64,000 nt of DNA from Victivallales bacterium (GTDB lineage Bacteria > Verrucomicrobiota > Lentisphaeria > Victivallales > GWF2-38-69), in NCBI GenBank assembly GCA_965228125.1, contig OZ245791.1, positions 257,596 through 321,595 on the forward strand, read 5' to 3'. How positions within the stretch are numbered: position 1 is the first letter of the stretch; each line of letters begins with the position of its first letter. The notes beneath the pieces were generated by a model. It was not told where the DNA came from and made no database searches. It worked only from the letters and a program-made list of their open reading frames with translations. Made by a program: the position numbers and the translations under genes. Positions 36,746 through 44,007 of this stretch are shown one piece after another.

Positions 36746-37483
36746 TTATACAAAACATATCCGTTTAAGCCCTGCTAGCGCAGCAGCGCCGGCAATGGTA
36801 ACGCCATAAAATATCACTTTATTTTTATTTCCGGCGTAAGAGATTATTTCATCTATGGTTCCATTAACTAAAGTTGAACCAGTGGCAAGAACTAGGTCTG
36901 CCCATGCTAGGGCAGATTCTTTATTTTTTTCGCCGTCTTCAATTTTGACGCCGAGTTTTTCCTTGCCAATGTTATCGATATCTAAATCCAAAACTCTCAC
37001 ATTGTACTTTTTTGATAACGCGTCTATGATTGCCGGCTGATATCCGACAATGGTTATTTTTTCTGTCCCGGGATACTCCTGCTGAATAAAATCATTTATT
37101 TTTGAGGCGCATATTCCGGGCATTTCATCTTTGCAGTGTTCTGTATTGTTCACTAGTTTCCAGTACCGAGCAAGAGCATTTATCGTTGAAACTTGCAGAG
37201 CTCTTCTATAATTATTGCAGGATTTCAGATTAAATACGCCTTCTAGAGACCCTTTATATCCGCCATGCATATCAGTAAAAGCCTGTCCCTTGAAACCCAT
37301 AAAATCGGCTTCCATTATTTTTTCTTTTCCTTTAAGGATTGGAAAATCGTAATTTTCAGGATTCCCTATGGCTTCTTCTGCCGAGAGCACTCTGGCTTTT
37401 ATTGTTATGTCAGCGCCGATAAGATTCTCTTCTTTAAGGCGATTGGTTACAGACTCTATTACGGTATCAAGAATATTTTTCAT
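36746..37483 (-). CDS. DUF4213/DUF364 Rossmann-like protein (putative metal chelation family)
   Basis: 245 aa. The C-terminal pattern IVGYQP...LDL...ADLVLATGSTLVNGT matches DUF364. Confidence 0.65.
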   Translation of the reverse strand: MKNILDTVIESVTNRLKEENLIGADITIKARVLSAEEAIGNPENYDFPILKGKEKIMEADFMGFKGQAFTDMHGGYKGSLEGVFNLKSCNNYRRALQVSTINALARYWKLVNNTEHCKDEMPGICASKINDFIQQEYPGTEKITIVGYQPAIIDALSKKYNVRVLDLDIDNIGKEKLGVKIEDGEKNKESALAWADLVLATGSTLVNGTIDEIISYAGNKNKVIFYGVTIAGAAALAGLKRICFV

Positions 37484-37501
37484 ACTATTTAGCGACGAAT
37501 A

Positions 37502-37840
37502 TCAATGATCGCAGACATTTGCTCCTGTTACAAGGTTCCCTGCAAGGTAAGATTTTACAACAGCCTCAGGCTCTTCGGATGGAGCGCCAACAACGACTTT
37601 TACATTATTCCCTGTAAAAAGCTGTTGGGCTCTCATTCCCATTCCACCTGCTATAATCACATTGACTCCAAGATCACCAAGCCACTTAGGTAAAACTCCC
37701 GGCTCATGAGGCGGAGGTGTTTGCACTGTTTTACTTTTAACTGCCTTAGTTTTTTCATCCGTTTCAAAAATTGTGAATACTTCACAATGGCCAAAATGCA
37801 TACAAAGTTTTCCGTCGGTTGTTGGGATTGCAATTTTCAT
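37502..37840 (-). CDS. NifB/NifX-family cofactor-binding-fold protein
   Basis: 112 aa. MKIAIPT...HFGHCEVFTIFE is the family start. Confidence 0.8.
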   Translation of the reverse strand: MKIAIPTTDGKLCMHFGHCEVFTIFETDEKTKAVKSKTVQTPPPHEPGVLPKWLGDLGVNVIIAGGMGMRAQQLFTGNNVKVVVGAPSEEPEAVVKSYLAGNLVTGANVCDH

Positions 37841-37870
37841 TTCTTATTTTCTCCTTTATTTCAGCGTTTT

Positions 37871-39127
37871 TTAGTTTGTGTTAGCTATTATTTTTTTTAC
37901 TATTTCTCTGAAGGATTCAGCAGTATCAGGAGTGACCAAATCCATAAATGATTTTCCTGAATCGCCTGAAACTACAATTTTAGATTCGATAGGAATGCGG
38001 CCAAGATATGGCGTGCTGAGTTCCTGAGCCATCCTTTCTGCTCCGCCGTGGCTAAATATATTGGAAACTTCTCCGCATTTAGGACACTTAAATCCGCTCA
38101 TATTCTCGATTACCCCCAATACGGGAAGATTAAGCTGGTCGCAGAAGGTAATTGATTTCCTTACATCGTTAACTGCTACTTCTTGAGGCGTGCTGACTAT
38201 TACGGCTCCGGCTGGATTCTTAATAAGCTGGCAGACACTGAGCGGCTCATCACCCGTCCCAGGAGGGCAGTCTATGATTAGATAATCAAGATCCCCCCAT
38301 CTTACATCCTGCAGGAATTGTTTTATCATATTCATTTTCATCGGGCCTCTCCATATAACAGGGGCGTTTTTATCCCTTAGAAGAAACCCTATCGACATTA
38401 CTTTTATTTCACCGGCCTTAACTGGCATTATATCTTCGCCTTCTCCATGAAGTGGTGAGTCTGATACGCCAAACATCATAGGAATGCTCGGACCGTGTAT
38501 ATCGACATCAAGTATGCCGACTTTTTTCCCCATTGCCGATAAAGTGGTGGCGATATTTGCCGCTACAGTGCTTTTGCCGACTCCGCCTTTGCCTGAAAGA
38601 ACAATTATTTTATTTCTTATTCTTCCTAATCTTTCATCCAGCGCCATTTTTTCATCTTTTTCAAGAAATCCAGTTTCGGATTTTCTTAGTTCGCATTCTT
38701 CTTTATCACACTTCTGGCAATCACTGTCAGGACTGTCACAAACAGCGGTTTTTTTATTGCTCTCTATGTAGTTGCGAACAGCGGCTTTCAGTGTATTAAT
38801 AGAAAGCAAAGCGCAATGTTTTGATTCGTCAGGGATATTTCCAGCAATGCAAAGAATATCCTGCTGGTCAAGCTTATCTATTGTTTCAATAGTTGCCCCT
38901 TCACCAATCAGCGCTCCTATGCTGCCGCACTTAATGGAATGAGCACATCCGTCTGTCGTGTAAGATGCGGCGCAAACTTTTCCGTCCTCGATAAACACCC
39001 AGAACTCCATTGTGTCGCCACACGGGCCTGTAATTCTCGCATTTCCGTTAGCCCCTCTCAAAGGGCCAAAGTTAATTGGCAGTTTTCTGCTGTTTGACAT
39101 TAAAATTTCTTCCATAAGTTTTCCCAT
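37871..39127 (-). CDS. NifU/IscU-like scaffold domain fused to Mrp/NBP35 P-loop ATPase
   Basis: N-domain GPCGDTMEFWV...DGCAHSIKCGS. ATPase domain VLSGKGGVGKST and CPKCG. The likely true start is ATG 39100, which overlaps the upstream stop by 1 nt (TAATG coupling). Confidence 0.85.
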   Translation of the reverse strand: MGKLMEEILMSNSRKLPINFGPLRGANGNARITGPCGDTMEFWVFIEDGKVCAASYTTDGCAHSIKCGSIGALIGEGATIETIDKLDQQDILCIAGNIPDESKHCALLSINTLKAAVRNYIESNKKTAVCDSPDSDCQKCDKEECELRKSETGFLEKDEKMALDERLGRIRNKIIVLSGKGGVGKSTVAANIATTLSAMGKKVGILDVDIHGPSIPMMFGVSDSPLHGEGEDIMPVKAGEIKVMSIGFLLRDKNAPVIWRGPMKMNMIKQFLQDVRWGDLDYLIIDCPPGTGDEPLSVCQLIKNPAGAVIVSTPQEVAVNDVRKSITFCDQLNLPVLGVIENMSGFKCPKCGEVSNIFSHGGAERMAQELSTPYLGRIPIESKIVVSGDSGKSFMDLVTPDTAESFREIVKKIIANTN

Positions 39128-39969
39128 ATATTTGTTATTTCACTTACTGCTTTTCCTTTGCCCCATTCTATGACGCTCTGCCCTGCAATTTGGGCTTGCG
39201 TAACTTCGTTATCATACGAAATACGCCCAAGCACAGTCGCTCCTACTTTCATTGAGTCGCGTTCAATAACCTCGGACATTTCGGAGTTTATGTCAAATTT
39301 ATTCACGCAGACATATAGTGGGATTTTGAAATGAGACGCTAGTTCAGCCACTCTTTTTAGATCGTGCTGCCCCGATAAAGTAGGCTCGGTTATTGCTACA
39401 ACTGCATCAGCTCCAGTGATAGACGCAATAACCGGACAGCCAATACCTGGTGGGCCGTCAATCAGGAGCATATCGGCTTTAGTTCTTCCTGATATTTTTT
39501 TTGCTTCTGTTCGCACGACACTGACAAGTTTTCCTGAATTTTCAGCCGCTATGCCAAGTTTTGCATGAACCATCTGCCCAAACCGCGTATCTGAAACATA
39601 CCACTCTCCGCAAAGCCTCTCCTTAAGCTCAATAGCATTGAAGCGGCAAAAATCATGGCACACTCCACATCCTTCACAGCTTATCGAATCAATGACATAT
39701 GAGCCATCCTTGTTTTTTTTCACAGCGTCAAAACGGCAGATTCTTTTGCATTCGCCGCATTTCAGGCAAGCATCGTTTTTAATGACTGCTTCATATCCAC
39801 TATAAAACTTATTCTTTTGTCGGATATTCGGAGATAAAATCAAATGCAAATCTGCAGCATCGACGTCACAATCTGCTAGAACAGCATTTTTGGCAAGGGA
39901 TGCAAATGCGGCTGTAATGCTTGTTTTGCCGGTTCCTCCTTTGCCGCTGATAATAACAATTTCTTTCAT
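39100..39969 (-). CDS. MinD/ParA-family P-loop ATPase with inserted 2x[4Fe-4S] ferredoxin domain (COG1149-type), copy 2
   Basis: SGKGGTGKTS plus CLKCGECKRIC and CEGCGVCHDFC. Confidence 0.85.
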   Translation of the reverse strand: MKEIVIISGKGGTGKTSITAAFASLAKNAVLADCDVDAADLHLILSPNIRQKNKFYSGYEAVIKNDACLKCGECKRICRFDAVKKNKDGSYVIDSISCEGCGVCHDFCRFNAIELKERLCGEWYVSDTRFGQMVHAKLGIAAENSGKLVSVVRTEAKKISGRTKADMLLIDGPPGIGCPVIASITGADAVVAITEPTLSGQHDLKRVAELASHFKIPLYVCVNKFDINSEMSEVIERDSMKVGATVLGRISYDNEVTQAQIAGQSVIEWGKGKAVSEITNIWENLWKKF

Positions 39970-40916
39970 TTATCGTTCCCTTTATTTATCTTATAGAAGT
40001 TTTTACCGCCAATTTGCTCTTGGGTTAAAGTCTTTTCAGCACAGAGGTGTTCAAGTAATTTAAGAATCTCGTTATAATTTACTGACATGGTATCGGAAAT
40101 TTCTTTGCTCGTACACGGCCGCCTCATCAAAAGGCTAATAAGAGCCTCCTTGTCCACAGCAAACATCTTATCCTCCTTACCTTCTTTAAAATCAGCAATA
40201 GCCTCAACTTTTCCAGGAAAACATCTGCATAGTTTTTCCAGCTCATTCTTGGAAAGGCCTGCCGCATACTTTTCACATGGCGGTCGGGCAATCGTATTGA
40301 GTTGAGTTTTTTCAGGGTTAAGCCGTTTGACTATACTCGCCAGTTCTTTAATATGTTTTTCTTCAGATGACGGACCTTTTAATAAGAAGACTTCCAGCCA
40401 GGTTTCCCCTTTAAATTCTTCAATAAATGATTTGATGCCGGATACTATTAGTTCAAATGATAATTCTTTGCAGGGACGGTTAATGTATTGAAATATTTCT
40501 TCGTTCCCCGCGTCAAGAGAAGGTATGACAACATCGGCCTTCATAAGCGCTCTGCTTACTTCAGATTTCCATAACAGTGAGCTGTTTGTTAGTACAGCAA
40601 CAGGTTTGTCTGTAAGTTTCTTAAGGGCTTCAATTATTTCCCCAACTCGAGAGTGCAAGGTGGGTTCTCCCGAACCTGAAATAGTAATATAATCAATTCT
40701 TATTTTTTCTTTCAGTTTATATTCAATGTCTGCCAATATTTCATTAAGAGGGAAATACTCTTTTATCTCAATGGTTTTATTTGTCGTATGTCCAAGCTGA
40801 CAATAGATGCAGTCAAAAGAACATGTTTTGTAAGGGACAAGGTCTATACCCAAAGAATACCCGAGGCGACGTGACGGCACAGGACCAAAAACATGTTTTA
40901 ATTTATGGCTTTTCAT
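39966..40916 (-). CDS. Radical SAM protein (COG0731-like) with C-terminal wHTH-like tail
   Basis: FGPVPSRRLGYSLGIDL...CSFDCIYC. No SPASM-type C-terminal Cys clusters. 4-nt overlaps with both neighbours. Confidence 0.85.
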   Translation of the reverse strand: MKSHKLKHVFGPVPSRRLGYSLGIDLVPYKTCSFDCIYCQLGHTTNKTIEIKEYFPLNEILADIEYKLKEKIRIDYITISGSGEPTLHSRVGEIIEALKKLTDKPVAVLTNSSLLWKSEVSRALMKADVVIPSLDAGNEEIFQYINRPCKELSFELIVSGIKSFIEEFKGETWLEVFLLKGPSSEEKHIKELASIVKRLNPEKTQLNTIARPPCEKYAAGLSKNELEKLCRCFPGKVEAIADFKEGKEDKMFAVDKEALISLLMRRPCTSKEISDTMSVNYNEILKLLEHLCAEKTLTQEQIGGKNFYKINKGNDK

Positions 40917-41779
40917 TGTGCGCCTCTATTTGATTTTACTTCCGCGGCAATATGATTAAGCAACTCCATCAATTTTCCCTGGATAATAGGCATTGCATCT
41001 ATGATAGTTTTTCCCTTTGAATAAGCTTCAGCCACGCTTCTTGAATCTGGAATCCTCAACAAAAGGGGAATGGATTCATTTGCGCAGTAATCATCCACTC
41101 TTCCGTCTCCTGAATCTGAACGGTTTAGAATAACGCCGAAAGGAATTTTCAATCCTCTGACAGTCTCAACGGCAAGTTTCAAGTCGTTAAGCCCGAATGG
41201 CGTAGGTTCTGTCACAAGCAATACAAAATCTGCGTCTTTTACGGCGCATATCATCGGACACGATGTTCCAGGCGGACAGTCAATAATCGTGATGAAATCA
41301 CAAGAAACATGCTCTTTAACTGCTCTTATGACAGGCGGCGACATTGCACGCCCTACGTCAAGCCTGCCCTGGAAAAATTGTATATTGCCGCAGACAGCTT
41401 CTTCCACAACTCCGACTGGAACTTTCTTTTCCGCAATGGCGCCGCTCTTACAGACCCTCACACACCCTCCGCAACTATGGCAGAGTTCAGGGAAAATCAT
41501 CGGCCCTGACGGTAGATTAATAATAGCATTGAAGCGGCATATCTTTGAACACTTTCCGCACAATATACACTTGTCCTTTTTAAAATAAGGAATTTGTACG
41601 GTTACATTCTGGCTTCTAATATCTTTTAAATCTAGAAATATGTGACAGTTAGGCTCTTCTACATCGCAATCAAGAAGACAAATTTCTTCAGAAGAAACAG
41701 CAGCAAGCGAGACTGAAATTGTCGTTTTCCCTGTCCCGCCTTTACCTGAAGCTACTGCAATTGTTATAGGCTTTCTCAT
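40913..41779 (-). CDS. MinD/ParA-family P-loop ATPase with inserted 2x[4Fe-4S] ferredoxin domain (COG1149-type), copy 1
   Basis: SGKGGTGKTT plus CILCGKCSKIC and CHSCGGCVRVC. Confidence 0.85.
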   Translation of the reverse strand: MRKPITIAVASGKGGTGKTTISVSLAAVSSEEICLLDCDVEEPNCHIFLDLKDIRSQNVTVQIPYFKKDKCILCGKCSKICRFNAIINLPSGPMIFPELCHSCGGCVRVCKSGAIAEKKVPVGVVEEAVCGNIQFFQGRLDVGRAMSPPVIRAVKEHVSCDFITIIDCPPGTSCPMICAVKDADFVLLVTEPTPFGLNDLKLAVETVRGLKIPFGVILNRSDSGDGRVDDYCANESIPLLLRIPDSRSVAEAYSKGKTIIDAMPIIQGKLMELLNHIAAEVKSNRGAQ

Positions 41780-41782
41780 TAC

Positions 41783-42145
41783 TTACATCCAGTGCCCTTC
41801 TACGTCAGCGCCTTCTGCAATCTTTAATCTTCCACTGATCAATTCATCAACGGCTTCTTTTACTGTTCCTGTTTCCTTAAGATATAATTTTACTTTTGAA
41901 CCGCTTAAAACCCGATAGGCTTTCGGCCCGCAGTGTCCTGTGATTATACAGTCTGCTCCTGAGTTCAAAACGTTTTGTGCCGTCTGGATACCGGCTCCTT
42001 GCGCAGCATTCAGATTTTGGATGTTATCCATTGTAGAAAAAGTATTTGCAACGCTATCATAAACAATAAAATACCTTGCACGGCCAAATCTGGGATCTAT
42101 TTGTGAATCCATACTGCTGTCTTGAGCAGAAATTGCTATTTTCAT
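41783..42145 (-). CDS. NifB/NifX-family cofactor-binding-fold protein
   Basis: 120 aa. MKIAISAQD...RFGRARYFIVYD. Confidence 0.8.
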   Translation of the reverse strand: MKIAISAQDSSMDSQIDPRFGRARYFIVYDSVANTFSTMDNIQNLNAAQGAGIQTAQNVLNSGADCIITGHCGPKAYRVLSGSKVKLYLKETGTVKEAVDELISGRLKIAEGADVEGHWM

Positions 42146-42459
42146 GATTTTCCTCCATCCATGTTTAGTGTATCGAGTCTACTTTTTATATTATCAATTT
42201 CAACTTGTAGATGTTTAAGCTCTACTTCCAAGAATTGTTTTTCGTTAACATTAGATTCAGCTCTTAAAACTGGAGCATTATAGGCAAGATATCTGTTCCT
42301 GTAACCTTTCCCTCGGCCTAAGCCTCTGCCCGAGTAGCACCTTCCGCATCCTCTCCTAGGATACGGGGCGACATTGATATTTTCACTTGCGCAATAACCG
42401 AATCCTCCGCCTGTCATTGGCCCTTCTCCCAATGGTCCTTTCCCATCTCTTCCTGGCAT
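42142..42459 (-). CDS. DUF5320 family protein
   Basis: 105 aa. N-terminus MPGRDGKGPLGEGPMTGGGFGYC and a C-terminal coiled coil, as in DUF5320. 4-nt overlap with the NifX-like gene. Confidence 0.75.
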   Translation of the reverse strand: MPGRDGKGPLGEGPMTGGGFGYCASENINVAPYPRRGCGRCYSGRGLGRGKGYRNRYLAYNAPVLRAESNVNEKQFLEVELKHLQVEIDNIKSRLDTLNMDGGKS

Positions 42460-42477
42460 AATTATTCTCCTAAGCTG

Positions 42478-42696
42478 TTATTTTCTTGTCATTTTATTAT
42501 TACATTTAGGACATAGTTTGTGTGCACATGGTTCAGATTCAATATAAATCATTTCATAACCACATGAAGGACATATACAATTCTGGTGTGATCCTTCAGT
42601 AAAAGGACCCCCCATTTTTGCTCTGTTTCCTTTTTTTATATTGACTTTACCAACTGGTCCTATACTCATAGATCCAATTCTGTTTTTCCCTGGCAT
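42478..42696 (-). CDS. Small MPGK-start Zn-ribbon protein
   Basis: 72 aa. MPGKNRIG... then NCICPSCGYEMIYIESEPCAHKLCPKCNNKMTR. Confidence 0.55.
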   Translation of the reverse strand: MPGKNRIGSMSIGPVGKVNIKKGNRAKMGGPFTEGSHQNCICPSCGYEMIYIESEPCAHKLCPKCNNKMTRK

Positions 42697-42715
42697 AATT
42701 TCACCTCCAGTTTTT

Positions 42716-42913
42716 TTATTCTCTTACCATTTTTGTTCCACATTCAGGGCACACTCTGACGCTACAGGGTTGTCCTGCTATATGGGGAACTTTATGATTG
42801 CATTTTGGACAGACACAATTTCCGCCCGGCCCGGCAGCTAACGGGCCTCTCATTCTGCCTCCTCCTCTGATAGAGTCATTGCCCAACGGCCCTGTTCCAT
42901 TTCTTCCCGGCAT
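42716..42913 (-). CDS. Small MPGR-start Zn-ribbon protein
   Basis: 65 aa. MPGRNGTGPLG... then NCVCPKCNHKVPHIAGQPCSVRVCPECGTKMVR. Confidence 0.6.
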   Translation of the reverse strand: MPGRNGTGPLGNDSIRGGGRMRGPLAAGPGGNCVCPKCNHKVPHIAGQPCSVRVCPECGTKMVRE

Positions 42914-42930
42914 ACTTTTACCTCATATTT

Positions 42931-43422
42931 TTAGATTTTACTTTCTCCTTGACCTCTTCTGCATCGGCCAGGATTGTATGTAAACTCCTGTCGTGATTGA
43001 ACTTTGCTAATAGAATCATCATTCCCGCATTCCGGGCATTTTTGAATACTGTTTGCATTCATTTCCCATTTGTGTCCGCACTTAGAACATTCATGCATTT
43101 CAAACATCAGTTTTTCAGGCTGACCATTGATACAAATAGCCTTCCCATGCAGCAGGGCATCAGCTATTTTTTTGTGAGCTGAATTAATTATATTCCCAAA
43201 CGTCTGTCGTGAAATTTTCATTTTTATCGCGGCATCAGCCTGATAAAGCAAATCAAAATCTGCCAGTCTGAGCGCTTCGAATTCATCTGGAGTCAGGACG
43301 ACTTCTTCTAGTTCACACAATGGAATCCCTCTTGGCTTAAAGTATTTGACTTTTGCCTCTGTAGATATTCTGCGGCATCTGAATGGTCTTCCAGCCATAT
43401 TCTGACTTCCTATTTTATTCAT
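42931..43422 (-). CDS. DUF134 (UPF0251) putative DNA-binding regulator with C-terminal Zn ribbon
   Basis: MAGRPFRCRRI...KYFKPRGIP...LTPDEFEALRLAD is the DUF134 signature. The likely true start is ATG 43398. C-terminal CSKCGHKW...CPECGN. Confidence 0.8.
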   Translation of the reverse strand: MNKIGSQNMAGRPFRCRRISTEAKVKYFKPRGIPLCELEEVVLTPDEFEALRLADFDLLYQADAAIKMKISRQTFGNIINSAHKKIADALLHGKAICINGQPEKLMFEMHECSKCGHKWEMNANSIQKCPECGNDDSISKVQSRQEFTYNPGRCRRGQGESKI

Positions 43423-43459
43423 TTGATTTAAAATTAAACTATCAAAGCTATATTAGTTA

Positions 43460-43473
43460 TTAGCATATGCTAA
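43460..43473. promoter_or_regulatory. Perfect 14-bp palindrome TTAGCATATGCTAA in the divergent DUF134 / C_GCAxxG_C_C promoter region
   Basis: Read directly, 41 nt upstream of 43514 and 38-62 nt upstream of the DUF134 start. Its core AGCATATGCT is also at 26043..26052. Confidence 0.5.
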
Positions 43474-43513
43474 CAAAATACAAAATAGATTTTCTAAAAA
43501 AAGGTTAAAATAA

Positions 43514-43978
43514 ATGGATAAACTTCTAAAGGCAGAAAGTTATTTTCTTCAAGGTTATGCCTGTTCTCAGTCAGTTCTCATGGCATTTGCCGAAGAAACT
43601 GGCATCGACATCGAAACAGCTAAAAAGATATCATCAACATTCGGCGGAGGCATGGGAAGACTCAGAAAAACCTGCGGGGCTCTCACAGGCGCTTTCATGG
43701 TTATCGGGTTGAAATACGGGAATAGCAAACCTGATGATATGAAAACAAAGCTTGCCTCTTACGATATGGTCAGGGATTTAGCTAAAAGATTTACGGAAAA
43801 ACACGGTACAATCGAATGCGATAAATTACTACAGAAATATACAAATAAGGCCACTGTAGAAGTAAGAGCGCACCACCATGTAATATGTAAAAATATCGTT
43901 AATGATGCTGTTAGTGTTCTTATTGATATTCTTAATGAGAAAGACTCTAATATACAAAAAGAGAAGTTTAACAGTTAA
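43514..43978 (+). CDS. C_GCAxxG_C_C family protein (paralogue 2)
   Basis: 154 aa. GYACSQSV...KTCGALTGAFM. By eye, roughly 60 percent identical in protein to 25523..25966. Confidence 0.85.
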   Translation: MDKLLKAESYFLQGYACSQSVLMAFAEETGIDIETAKKISSTFGGGMGRLRKTCGALTGAFMVIGLKYGNSKPDDMKTKLASYDMVRDLAKRFTEKHGTIECDKLLQKYTNKATVEVRAHHHVICKNIVNDAVSVLIDILNEKDSNIQKEKFNS

Positions 43979-44007
43979 CAATTTTAAATTTATAGGCATA
44001 TATATTC

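Noticed and set aside
39966-42913. RiPP hypothesis: small Cys-rich peptides as precursors for the nearby radical SAM enzyme
   Set aside because: The radical SAM protein has no SPASM or twitch auxiliary-cluster Cys motifs and ends in a wHTH-like tail. The small proteins have regular Zn-ribbon CxxC pairs and a conserved N-terminus rather than a leader/core layout. No peptidase or transporter is adjacent.
25523-43978. The two C_GCAxxG_C_C genes as recent inverted duplicates that could invert the 18-kb block
   Set aside because: At the nucleotide level the two genes are clearly diverged, and I saw no long identical runs when comparing them by eye. Homologous-recombination-mediated inversion or a recent duplication is therefore unlikely. 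They are older paralogues.
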